Source of the DNA: an uncultured Chlamydiae bacterium
GTDB taxonomy: Bacteria; Chlamydiota; Chlamydiia; Chlamydiales; Parachlamydiaceae
DNA length: 64,000 nt
Direction of reading: 5' to 3'
Assembly (NCBI GenBank): GCA_963754655.1
Contig: CAVWGN010000001.1
Coordinates: 1,792,001-1,856,000 of the forward strand
In this document: piece by piece, positions 1-9,634 of the stretch
Layout: each line of letters opens with the position of its first letter
How positions within the stretch are numbered: the first letter of the stretch is position 1
Position numbers and translations under genes: made by a program
Notes under the pieces: model-generated
The model's input: only the letters and a program-made list of their open reading frames with translations
Databases searched by the model: none
What the model was told of the DNA's origin: nothing

Positions 1-1148
1 CCATCTTGCCGAACAGCAGCCAAGACAATCTCTCGATCTTTTTTAAGATTTTCATCGGCATAGATAAAAGCTAAACCATCTTGCTGAACAGCAGCTAAGA
101 CAATCTCTCGATCTTTTTTAAAGCTTTCATCCGCATATGCAAGAGCTAAGCCATCTTGCTGAACAGCAGCCAAGACAATCTCTCGATCTTTTTTAAGACT
201 TTCATCCACATATTCAAGAGCTGAGCCATTTTGCTGAACGGCAGCCAAGACAATCTCTCGATCTTTTTTAAGGCTTTCATCTGCATAGTAAAGAGCTCGG
301 CCATCCTGCTGAATGGCAACCAGAACAAGGTCTCGATCTTTTTTAAGGCTTTTATCTACATATTCAAGAGCCCGGCCCTTTTGCTGAACGACAGCCAAGA
401 TAATTTCTCGATCTTTTTTAAAGGTTTCATCTATATCAAAAACAGAATGTCCAAAACAACGAGCAACTTGTATAAAAAATTTTTTCTCGTTAAAAATGGG
501 AAATTTTTTAAATGTGGAGATGACTGATTGTTTTGCCAGCTGCCATATTGGATTTTTTTGACCACCGGGGTAAAGTTTTGCGATAAAATCATTTTTGATC
601 ACCCTTAATCTTTGGTCGTCAGTGCCCCATGCAAGAGAGTTTAAAATAGACAATTGCTCTTTAGCTACTTGCTCCATGTTTTGATTGGCGCTGGTTTTGC
701 AAACTTGAGGATCCCATAGATAGCGATTCAAAAGAGAAAGAAATAAACTATTAGCGCAAAATAAAGTTGAATTAACCATTAACAATTTTCTAAAACTTTC
801 TCCGTAGTGGTTGTGTTGGACTCGATCGATCAACCTAAGTTCCTGAGAGGTAAAAGACTTCTTTTGGCCAGTTGCGATACATTCTCGGGGAGGATTAATA
901 GAGGATTGAGGACTCTTATTAAGTTGAAAAAGGGCCTGCGCCAAGGAGATGCAAGGATTCTTTTCAAAAACTCTTTTCCATCTTGTACAAGTGAGTAAAA
1001 TAGAAGAAATATCACTTAAAAGTGTGCTGTTTTGATTAACAACCCGATCAAAAAAAATTTCTAATACTTCATCAGGAAGGATAGTGTTTAAGCACACTTC
1101 GTTTGAAGTGGTTTGAGTTGCTTGTGAATTAACGAGCGTAAATTGCAT
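1..1148 (-). CDS. F-box-like / DUF4116-repeat protein (partial, runs off the window edge)
   Basis: ATG at 1148. Manual translation MQFTLVNSQATQTTSNEVCLNTILPDEVLEIFFDRV...TCTRWKRVFEKNP reads open into the (KKDREIVLAAVQQDGxAL) repeats. Not in the ORF track because no stop falls in the window. Near-identical to the 3837-4847 copy. Confidence 0.85.
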   Translation of the reverse strand, partial: MQFTLVNSQATQTTSNEVCLNTILPDEVLEIFFDRVVNQNSTLLSDISSILLTCTRWKRVFEKNPCISLAQALFQLNKSPQSSINPPRECIATGQKKSFTSQELRLIDRVQHNHYGESFRKLLMVNSTLFCANSLFLSLLNRYLWDPQVCKTSANQNMEQVAKEQLSILNSLAWGTDDQRLRVIKNDFIAKLYPGGQKNPIWQLAKQSVISTFKKFPIFNEKKFFIQVARCFGHSVFDIDETFKKDREIILAVVQQKGRALEYVDKSLKKDRDLVLVAIQQDGRALYYADESLKKDREIVLAAVQQNGSALEYVDESLKKDREIVLAAVQQDGLALAYADESFKKDREIVLAAVQQDGLAFIYADENLKKDREIVLAAVRQD

Positions 1149-1446
1149 AACTATCCTTTGATTCAATTTATAATTTTAATTTTTATTCATAATTTTATAA
1201 TGTTTAATTTTAGAATTATACAAATACAACATATTGATTTCAACTAGATATTTCAATGTAAATAAAAGCTTAAAAAAATTAGCTTTTTTTCTAATACAAT
1301 TGTAATGCTATAACCTCTTCTTTTAATTTTTTTTGAAAGCACATTTAAAATTTAACGCTATCCCCCAAATCTTATACTCTAAGAGTTGGAATGAGGAATT
1401 ATAAACCAAATAATTTAAGAAAACAGGATTTATTCAATTTGAAGGC

Positions 1447-1696
1447 TTAGAGTTGGAAATTGAACAGCCCGGCCATCTTACTGATAACAGTAGCTAAGAC
1501 AAAGTCTCGATCTTGTTTAAAACTTTCGTCTGCATATTGAAGAGCCATGCCATCTTGCTGAACGGCAGCTAAGACAATCTCTCGATCTTGTTTAAGACTT
1601 GCATCTGCATCTTTAAGATGCATGGCCATCTTGCTGAACAGCAGCCAAGACAATCTCTCAATCTTTTTCAAGGCTTTTATCGGCATAGGCAAGAGC
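1447..1696 (-). pseudogene. Decayed C-terminal repeats of the 1697-3439 gene
   Basis: Repeats continue past the TAG (GGC TAG GCT, probably from TGG), with a further TGA (GAT TGA GAG, from CGA) and a frameshift near 1615-1620. Ends in the family tail RDFVLATVISKMAGLFNFQL*. Confidence 0.75.
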
Positions 1697-3439
1697 CTAG
1701 CCACTTTGCTTAACGATAGCCAAGACAATCTCTCGATCTTGTTTAAAGCTTTTATCTGCATATGCAAGAGCTAAGCCATCTTGCTGAACAGCAGCCAAGA
1801 CAATCTCTTGATCTTTTCTAAGGCTTTTATGTACATATTGAAGAGCCAAGCCATCTTGCTGAACGGCAGCCAAGACAATCTCTCGATCTTTTCTAAAGTT
1901 TAGAGCATATTCAAGAGCTTTGCCATTTTGCTGAACAGCACCCAAGATAATCTCTCGATCTTTTTTAAGGCTATCATCTGCGAATCTAAAAGCATTGCCA
2001 TCTTGCTGAATGGCAGCCAAGACAATCTGTCGATCTTTTTTAAGGCTTTTGTCCGAATGTTTAAGAGCCCGGCCGTCTTGTTGAACGGCAGCCAAGACAA
2101 ACTCTCGATCTTTTTTAAGGCTATCATCTGCGAATCTAAAAGCTTTTCCATCTTGCTGAATGGCAGCCAAGACAATCTCTCGATTTTTTTTAAAGCTTTT
2201 ATCTGCATATTCAAGAGCATCGGCAGTTCGTTTAACGGCCGCTAAGACAATCTCTCGATTTTTTTTAAGGCTTTCATCTGCATATTTAAGAGCCCAGCCA
2301 TTTTGCTGAACGGCAGTCAAGACAATCTCTCGATCTTTTTTAAAGCTTTCGTCTGTATATTTAAGAGCACCGCCTCTTTGCTGAACAACAGCCAAGACAA
2401 ATTCTCGATTCTTTTGAAGGCTTTCATCTGCATATTGAAGAGCATCGCCTCTTTGCTGAACGGCAGCCAAGACAATGTCTCGATCTTTTTTAAAGCTTTC
2501 ATCTGCGAATCTAAAAGCATTGCCATCTTGCTGAACGGCAGCTAAGACAATCTGTCGATCTTTTTTAAAGCTTTCATCTACATAGTCTAGAGCATTGGCA
2601 GTTCGTTTAACGGCCGCTAAGACGATCCCTCGATCTTTTTTAAGGCTTTCATCTACATATTGAAGAGCATGGCCATTTTCCTGAACGGCAGCCAAGACAA
2701 TCTCTCGATTTTTTTTAAAGCTTTCATCTATATCAAAAACAGAAGCTCCAAAACAGCGAGCAACTTGAATAAAAAAAATTTTATTGTTAAGATTGCGAAA
2801 TTTTTTAAGTGTGGAGATGATCGAATCTCTTGTTCGGTCCCATATGTCATAATAGTCTCTACCACCCACGTAAAGTTTTGCGATAAAATCATTTTTGATC
2901 ATCATGAGTCTTTGTTCGTCAGTGCCCCATACAAGAGAGTTTAAAATAGACAATTGCTCTTTGGCCACTTGCTGGATGTTCTTATTGGCGCTAGTTTTGC
3001 AATCTTGAAGATCCCATCGATAGTGATTCAAAAGAGAAAGAAATAAACTGTCAGCGCAAAATAAAGGTGATTGAATCATTAACAATTTTTCAAAAATTTT
3101 TCCATGACTGCTGGCTCGATCAATCAACTTAAGTTCTTGAGATGTAAAAGACTTCTTTTTAGTTGCGAGACATTCTCGGAGAGGATTAATAGAGAATAGA
3201 GGATTCTTTTTAAGTTGAAAAAGAGTCTGCGCCAAGGAAATGCACGGATTTTTTTCAAAAACTCTTTTCCATCTTGTACAAGTAAGTAAAATAGAAACAA
3301 TATCACTTAAAAGTGGGCTTTCTTGATTGACAATCCGATCAAAAAAAATTTCTAATATCTCATCAGGAAGTAAAGTGTTTAAGCAAACTTCGTTTGAAGT
3401 GGTTTGAATTGCTTGTGAATTAACGAGCGTAAATTGCAT
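1697..3439 (-). CDS. F-box-like / DUF4116-repeat protein, 580 aa (prematurely terminated)
   Basis: N-terminal LLPDEILEIFF...ILLTCTRWKRV (F-box-like); about 14 repeats of 25 aa, ADESLKKDREIVLAAVQQNGxAL. Confidence 0.85.
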   Translation of the reverse strand: MQFTLVNSQAIQTTSNEVCLNTLLPDEILEIFFDRIVNQESPLLSDIVSILLTCTRWKRVFEKNPCISLAQTLFQLKKNPLFSINPLRECLATKKKSFTSQELKLIDRASSHGKIFEKLLMIQSPLFCADSLFLSLLNHYRWDLQDCKTSANKNIQQVAKEQLSILNSLVWGTDEQRLMMIKNDFIAKLYVGGRDYYDIWDRTRDSIISTLKKFRNLNNKIFFIQVARCFGASVFDIDESFKKNREIVLAAVQENGHALQYVDESLKKDRGIVLAAVKRTANALDYVDESFKKDRQIVLAAVQQDGNAFRFADESFKKDRDIVLAAVQQRGDALQYADESLQKNREFVLAVVQQRGGALKYTDESFKKDREIVLTAVQQNGWALKYADESLKKNREIVLAAVKRTADALEYADKSFKKNREIVLAAIQQDGKAFRFADDSLKKDREFVLAAVQQDGRALKHSDKSLKKDRQIVLAAIQQDGNAFRFADDSLKKDREIILGAVQQNGKALEYALNFRKDREIVLAAVQQDGLALQYVHKSLRKDQEIVLAAVQQDGLALAYADKSFKQDREIVLAIVKQSG

Positions 3440-3447
3440 AACTATCC

Positions 3448-3769
3448 GGGTGTGATTAAATCTGGGAGTTTATATTTTTTAGCAGATCGATACGAAATGG
3501 TAGGGCGGCGGTAGCCGCTTTCAGTGGGAAGCCCCGTATGAAGCGAGCTTGCGAGCGGAATGCGGGGTGTAGGCAAGATAGCATTGAGCTGCGGAAGCAG
3601 CGTAAGATCACTCACACCGCTTCCGCGGTTTATATTTTATTGATGCCCACCCCGCATTCCACTCGCAAGCTCGCTTCATACGGGGCTTCCCACTGAAAGC
3701 GGCTACCGCCGCCCTACCATTTCGTATCGATCTGCTAAAAAATATAAACTCCCAGATTTAATCACACCC
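3448..3769. mobile_element. 322-bp palindromic MITE/REPIN-like element with 9-bp target duplication
   Basis: About 120-bp near-perfect inverted arms GGGTGTGATTAAATCTGGG...CCCAGATTTAATCACACCC. Flanked by taactatcc (3439-3447) and taattatcc (3770-3778). Absent at the equivalent position upstream of the paralogues starting at 1148 and 4847. Confidence 0.85.
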
Positions 3770-3836
3770 TAATTATCCTTGGATTCGATTTATGATTTTA
3801 TTTTTTGTTGATAATTTTGTAATATTTAATCTTATT

Positions 3837-4847
3837 TTAGATCTGAAAATTGAAAAGCCCAGCCATCTTACTGAAAACATTAGCTAAAACAAATTCTCGA
3901 CCTTTTTTAAAGCTTTCATCTGCATATTCAAGAGCCTCACAATCTTGCTCAACGGCAGCCAAGACAATCTCTCGATCTTTTTTAAGACTTTCATCTGCAT
4001 AGTAAAGAGCTCGACCATCCTGCTGAATGGCAACCAAAACAAGGTCTCGATCTTTTTTAAGGCTTTTATGTACATATTCAAGGGCTTTACCGTCTTGCTG
4101 AAGAGCAGCCAAGATAATTTCTCTCTTTTTTAAAGCTTTCATCTATATCAAAAACAGAATGTCCAAAACAACGAGCAACTTGTATAAAAATTTTTTTCTC
4201 GTTAAAAATGGGAAATTTTTTAAATGTGGAGATGACTGATTGTTGTGCCAGGTGCCATATTGGATTTTTTTGACCACCTGGGTAAAGTTTTGCGATAAAA
4301 TCATTTTTGATCACCCTTAATCTTTGGTCGTCGGTGCCCCATGCAAGAGAGTTTAAAATAGACAACTGCTCTTCAGCCACTTGCCGGATGTTTTGATTGG
4401 CGCTGGTTTTGCAAACTTGAGGATCCCATAGATAGCAATTTAAAAGAGAAAGAAATAAACTGTTAGTGCAAAATAAAGGTGAGTTAACCATTAACAATTT
4501 TCTAAAACTGCCTCTGTAGTAGTGGTTGTGGGCTCGATCGATCAACCTAAGTTCCTGAGAGGTAAAAGACTTCTTTTGGCCAGTTGCGACACATTCTCGG
4601 GGAGGATTAATAGAGGGTTGAGGACTCTTATTAAGTTGAAAAAGGGTCTGCGCCAAGGAGATGCAAGGATTCTTTTCCATCTTGTACAAGTAAGCAAAAT
4701 AGAAGAAATATCACTTAAAAGTGTTCTGTTTTGATTAACAACCCGATCAAAAAAAATTTCTAATACTTCATCAGGAAGGATAGTGTTTAAGCACACTTCG
4801 TTTGAAGTGGTTTGAGTTGCTTGTGAATTAACGAGCGTAAATTGCAT
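3837..4847 (-). pseudogene. F-box-like / DUF4116-repeat pseudogene (two frameshifts)
   Basis: Split over ORFs 4542-4865, 4087-4689 and 3837-4142. Relative to the copy at 1-1148 it has a 13-bp deletion between tcttttc direct repeats near 4672 and a 2-bp deletion near 4123. Confidence 0.85.
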
Positions 4848-5105
4848 AACTATCCTTCGATTCAATTTATAATTTTATTTTTTATCTTTATTCATAATTT
4901 TATATTTTTTAAGTTTAGAATTATACAAATACAAAATATTGATTTCAACTAGACATTTCAATATAAATAAAAAAAAATTTAACAAAACTAGTTTTTTTTC
5001 TAATAAAATTGTAATACTATAACCGCTTCTTTTAATTTTTTTTGAAAGCAACTTTAAAATTTAACGCCACCTCTCGAGTCTTATACTCCAAATTTGGGGA
5101 TAAAG

Positions 5106-5525
5106 CCCACTCCTAGACCAGGAAGATAAGTTTTTTGAATTAGTTAAGAGCTCTGTCGTTAGGCCTGAAGGGCCGTCATGTTACAGCCCAGGTCGAAGCG
5201 AAGCGGAGGCCTGGGTAAAATAAAAAAGAATCGAGTCCTGAAAGGACGGCATACTCAAAGGAGTGATTTCGCTTCGCAAGGGAATGGAGGATTTTTTATC
5301 TCTACATTAGCTCTAGAAGGAGAAAAAAATATTTTGCTTCTCAAAAAGAACACCAAATATTTGTGGGATTAATTTATGCCGTCCTTTCAGGACTCGATTC
5401 TTTTTTTATTTTACCCAGGCCTCCGCTTCGCTTCGACCTGGGCTGTAACATGACGGCCCTTCAGGCCTAACGACAGAGCTCTTAACTAATTCAAAAAACT
5501 TATTCTCCTGGTCTAGGAATGTGGG
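5106..5525. mobile_element. About 420-bp palindromic element with REP-like arms
   Basis: About 140-bp inverted arms containing GGCCTGAAGGGCC...CCCAGGTCGAAGCGAAGCGGAGGCCTGGG...GTCCTGAAAGGAC. Ends CCCAC/GTGGG with ATAAAG duplicated (5100-5105, 5526-5531). The paralogous intergenic region at about 1370-1420 lacks it. Confidence 0.8.
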
Positions 5526-5642
5526 ATAAAGAATGACAAACCAAATGATTTAAGAAAACAAGACTCATTTTGCTTTGAAAAATTAGATCTGCAAATTGAA
5601 AAGCCCCTCCCTCTTACTAGAAGCGATAGCCAAGACAATCTC

Positions 5643-7235
5643 TTAATCTTTTCTAAGGCTTTTATGTGCATATTTAAGAACCCAGCGATTTTGCTGAACG
5701 GCAGCCAAGACAATCTGTGGATCTTTTTTAAGGCTTTTATCTGCATATTCAAGAGCTTTGCCATTTTGCTTAACAGCAGCCAAGACAATCTCTCGATCTT
5801 TTTTAAGGCTTTCCTCTGCATATCGAAGAGTATTGCCATTTTTCTGAACGGCAGCCAAGATAATCTCTCGATCTTTTCTAAAACCTTTATCTGCATGTTT
5901 AAGAGCCTCGCCATCTTGTTGAACAACAGCCAAGACAAACTCTCGATCTTTTTTAAGGCTTTCATCTGCGAATCTAAAAGCTTTGCCATCTTGTTGAACG
6001 ACAGCCCGGACAAACTCTCGATCTTTTTTAAGGCTTTGATCTGCGAATCTAAAAGCTTTGCCATCTTGTTGAACGACAGCCCGAACAAACTCTCGATCTT
6101 TTTTAAGGCTTTGATCTGCATATTCAAAAGCATCGGCAGTTCGTTTAATGGCGGCTAAGACAATCTCTCGATCTTTTTTAAGGCTTTTATCTGCATGTTT
6201 AAGAGCCTGGCCAATTTGCTGAACGGCAGCTAAGACAATCTCTCGATCTTTTTTAAGGCTTTTATCTGCATAGTGAATAGCCCAGCCATTTTGCTTAACA
6301 GCCGCCAAGACAAGGTCTTGATCTTTTTTTAAGCTTTCATCTGCATATAGAAGAGCTCGACCATCTTGCTGAATAGCAGCCAAAACCACCTCTCGATCTT
6401 TTTCGAGGTTTTCATCTGCATATTCAAGAGCTCTACCATTTTGCTGAACGGCAACCAAGACAATCTCTCGATCTTTTTTAAAGCTTTCATTTATATCAAA
6501 AACAGAAGCTCCGAAACAGCGAGCAACTTGAATAAAAATTTTTTTATCGTTAAGCTTGGGAAATTTTTTAAGGGTAGAGATGGCTGATTCTCTTGCCCGG
6601 TCCCATATCACTAGTCGATCATTTACCACTCCTTGACCACCCACGTAAAGTTTTAAGATAAAATCATTTTTGATCATTATTAATCTTTGATCGTCATTAC
6701 CATATACAAGAGAGTTTAACATAGATAGTTGTTCTTCGGCCACTTGCTGGATATTCTTATTGGCACTAGTTTTACAAACTTGTGGATCCCATGAATAGTA
6801 ATCCAAAAGAGAAAGAAATAAACTGTTAGCACAAAATAAACTTGATTGAACCATTAACAATTTTCTAAAACTTTCTCCATAGAAGTAGGGATGGAGTTGG
6901 ACTTGGGCTCGATCGATCAACTGAAGTTCCTGAGAGGTAAAAGACTTCTTTTGATCAGTTATGACACATTCGAGGGGAAACGTAATAGGTGATTGAGGGC
7001 TCTTTGTAAGTTGAAAAAGAGTCTGCGCCACTGAGAGGCAAGGATTCTTTTCAAAAACTCTTTTCCATCTTTTACAAGTGACTAAAATAGAAGAAATATC
7101 ACTTACAAGTGGCCTTTTTTGATTGACAACCCGATCAAAAAAAATTTCTAATATCTCATCAGGAAGGATGGTGTTTAAGCAAACTTCGTTTGAAGTGGTT
7201 TGCATTGCTTGTGAATTAAGGGGCGTAAGTTGCAT
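5643..7235 (-). CDS. F-box-like / DUF4116-repeat protein, 530 aa
   Basis: Same architecture as its neighbours. The stop is a nonsense codon in the last repeat, followed in frame by EIVLAIASSKREGLFNLQI* to 5583. Confidence 0.85.
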   Translation of the reverse strand: MQLTPLNSQAMQTTSNEVCLNTILPDEILEIFFDRVVNQKRPLVSDISSILVTCKRWKRVFEKNPCLSVAQTLFQLTKSPQSPITFPLECVITDQKKSFTSQELQLIDRAQVQLHPYFYGESFRKLLMVQSSLFCANSLFLSLLDYYSWDPQVCKTSANKNIQQVAEEQLSMLNSLVYGNDDQRLIMIKNDFILKLYVGGQGVVNDRLVIWDRARESAISTLKKFPKLNDKKIFIQVARCFGASVFDINESFKKDREIVLVAVQQNGRALEYADENLEKDREVVLAAIQQDGRALLYADESLKKDQDLVLAAVKQNGWAIHYADKSLKKDREIVLAAVQQIGQALKHADKSLKKDREIVLAAIKRTADAFEYADQSLKKDREFVRAVVQQDGKAFRFADQSLKKDREFVRAVVQQDGKAFRFADESLKKDREFVLAVVQQDGEALKHADKGFRKDREIILAAVQKNGNTLRYAEESLKKDREIVLAAVKQNGKALEYADKSLKKDPQIVLAAVQQNRWVLKYAHKSLRKD

Positions 7236-7344
7236 AAATATTCTTTAATTAAATTTATATATTTTAATTTTTATTCGTGATTCTATAATAATAGATCAGA
7301 TTTTTAATCTAAAGGTTGAAATAGACAGAACACCTTTGCAAGAT

Positions 7345-9255
7345 TTAGATCTGCAAATTGAACAGCCCGGCCATCTTACTGATAACAGTAGCTAAGACAA
7401 AGTCTCGATCTTGTTTAAAACTTTCGTCTGCATATTGAAGAGCCATGCTATCTTGCTGAACGGCAGCTAAGACAATCTCTTGATCTTGTTTAAGACTTGC
7501 ATCTGCATATTCAAGAGCACGGCCATTTTGCTGAACGACTGCCAAGACAAACCCTCGATCTTTTTGAAGGCTTTCATCTGCATAGAGAAAAGCAATGCCA
7601 TCTTGCTGAACAGCAGCCAAGACAATCTCTTGATCTTGTTTAAGACTTGCATCTGCATATTCAAGAGCTTTGCCATTTTGCTGAACGGCAGCCAAGACAA
7701 TCTCTCGATCTTGTTTAAAGCTTTTATCTGCATATTGAAGCGCATAGCCATTTTGCTGAACAGCAGCTAAGACAATCTCTCGATCTTTTTTAAGGCTTTC
7801 ATCTACATCTTGAAGAGCCCAACCAGTTTGCTTAACGGCAGTTAAGACAACTTCTCGATCTTTTTTAAAACTTTCATCTGCATATTTAAGAACCCCACCA
7901 CTTTGCTGAACGGCAGCCAAGATAATCTCTCGATCTTTTTTAAAACTTTCATTTGCAAATTTAAGAGCTACGCCATTTTTCTGAATGGCAGCCAAGACAA
8001 TCTCTCGATCTTTTTTAAAACTTTCATCTGCAAATTGAAAAATCTCGACATTTTTCTGAATGGCAGCCAAGAGAATCTTTCGATCTTTTTTAAAGCTTTC
8101 ATCTGCATATTCAGGAGCCCAGTGACTGATAGCCAAGACAAACTCTTGATCTTTTTTAAGACTTTCATCTGCATAGTAAAAAGCATAGCCATTTCGCTGA
8201 ACGGCAGCTAAGACAATCTCTCGATCTTTTTTAAGGCTTTCATCTACATGTTGAAGAGCATAGCCATGCTGAACGGCAGCCAAGACAATCTCTCGATCTT
8301 TTTTAAGGCTTTCATCTGCATTGTAAAGAGCGTTATAGCCATCGTGCTGAACGGCCGCCATGACAATTTCTCGATCTTTTTTAAGACTTTCATCTGCATA
8401 TTGAAGAGCACCTCCTGTTTGCTGAACGGCAGCCAAGACAATCTCTCGATCTTTTTTAAGGCTTTCATCTGCATATTCAAGAGCTTCGCCCTTTTGCTGA
8501 ACGGCAGCTAAAACAATCTCTCGATCTTTTTTAAGACTTTCATCTATAGCAAAAATAAAATGCCCAAAACAGCGAGCCAGTTGTATAAGTTTTTTTTTAT
8601 CTTTAAAGTTGGGAAATTTTTTAAGTGTGGAGATAACCGATCTGATTACCAGCCGCCATATTTGATCTCCACTACATAGGTAAAGTTTTGCAATAAAATC
8701 ATTGTTAATCATCATTAATCTTTGGTCGTCAGTGCCCCATATAAGAGAGCTTAAAATAGACAATTGTTCTTCGGCCACTTGCCGGATGTTTTGATTGGCG
8801 CTGGTTTTGCAATGTTGCGGATTCCATGAATAGTGATTCAAAAGCGAAAGAAATAAACTGTTAGCGCCAAATAAAGGTGAATTAAGCATTAACAATTTTT
8901 TAAAACTTTCCCCATAGGAGCCTTGTTGGGCTCGATCGATTAACTTAAGTTCTTGAGATGTAAAATTCTTCTTTTCAGTCGCGAGAAATTCTCGGAGAGA
9001 ATTAATAGAGGATTGAGGACTCTTTTTAAGTTGAAAAAGACTCTGAGCCAAGGAGACGCAAGGATTCTTCTCAAGAACTCTTTTCCATCTTTTACAGGTG
9101 AATAAAATAGAAGAAATATCACCTAAAAGTGGCTTTTTTTGATTGACAACCCGATCAAAAAAAACTTCTAATACTTCATCAGGAAGTAAATTATTTAGGC
9201 AAACTTCGTTCGAAGTGGTTTGTATTCCTTGTGAATTAACGGGCGTAATGTGCAT
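7345..9255 (-). CDS. F-box-like / DUF4116-repeat protein, 636 aa (intact)
   Basis: LLPDEVLEVFF...TCKRWKRV motif, about 16 repeats, tail ATVISKMAGLFNLQI; AAGGAT RBS upstream. Confidence 0.88.
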   Translation of the reverse strand: MHITPVNSQGIQTTSNEVCLNNLLPDEVLEVFFDRVVNQKKPLLGDISSILFTCKRWKRVLEKNPCVSLAQSLFQLKKSPQSSINSLREFLATEKKNFTSQELKLIDRAQQGSYGESFKKLLMLNSPLFGANSLFLSLLNHYSWNPQHCKTSANQNIRQVAEEQLSILSSLIWGTDDQRLMMINNDFIAKLYLCSGDQIWRLVIRSVISTLKKFPNFKDKKKLIQLARCFGHFIFAIDESLKKDREIVLAAVQQKGEALEYADESLKKDREIVLAAVQQTGGALQYADESLKKDREIVMAAVQHDGYNALYNADESLKKDREIVLAAVQHGYALQHVDESLKKDREIVLAAVQRNGYAFYYADESLKKDQEFVLAISHWAPEYADESFKKDRKILLAAIQKNVEIFQFADESFKKDREIVLAAIQKNGVALKFANESFKKDREIILAAVQQSGGVLKYADESFKKDREVVLTAVKQTGWALQDVDESLKKDREIVLAAVQQNGYALQYADKSFKQDREIVLAAVQQNGKALEYADASLKQDQEIVLAAVQQDGIAFLYADESLQKDRGFVLAVVQQNGRALEYADASLKQDQEIVLAAVQQDSMALQYADESFKQDRDFVLATVISKMAGLFNLQI

Positions 9256-9634
9256 ATCTATCCTTTTTAGCTTTATTATTATAAAAACATAACATCTTAA
9301 TTACAATTACATTTTTAAATTTATTCTATTGTCACTAATAGATTTAACCTAATTTTAGTAATGATTTGAGCCTGAAAAGGGCTCTAAGGTGAAATAGCCA
9401 GCCAGCAGCCTGGGAAAACAGACCTCTATCTTAGTCTGAATAAGTTGCATAAATATGCTTTAATTAAATTAATTATTTTAATAATTAAATCTATATTTTA
9501 ATTTTATTTATAATTGCAACTTCACACATTCTGAATTTATAATTTTTAATATTATAATTCTATAAATACAACATCTTTATTGCAACTTCATATATTCTTG
9601 AGAAGCCAGTTTAAAACTAATCCCTAGCAAGATC

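Noticed and set aside
146..9122. Many 60-200 aa ORFs (MQMKALKKIERLSWL..., MLNGSQDNLSIFFKAF...) here and at 24.9-25.8 kb and 58.8-59.7 kb
   Set aside because: Alternative-frame and antisense shadows of the 75-bp DUF4116 repeat inside real genes.
1697..9255. 75-bp periodic repeats as a possible CRISPR array
   Set aside because: In-frame coding repeats with degenerate positions; no constant repeat plus unique spacer structure and no cas genes.
9368..9416. Degenerate REP-like remnant GAGCCTGAAAAGGGCTC...TAGCC...CCTGGG
   Set aside because: Too decayed to delimit or assign to a module confidently.
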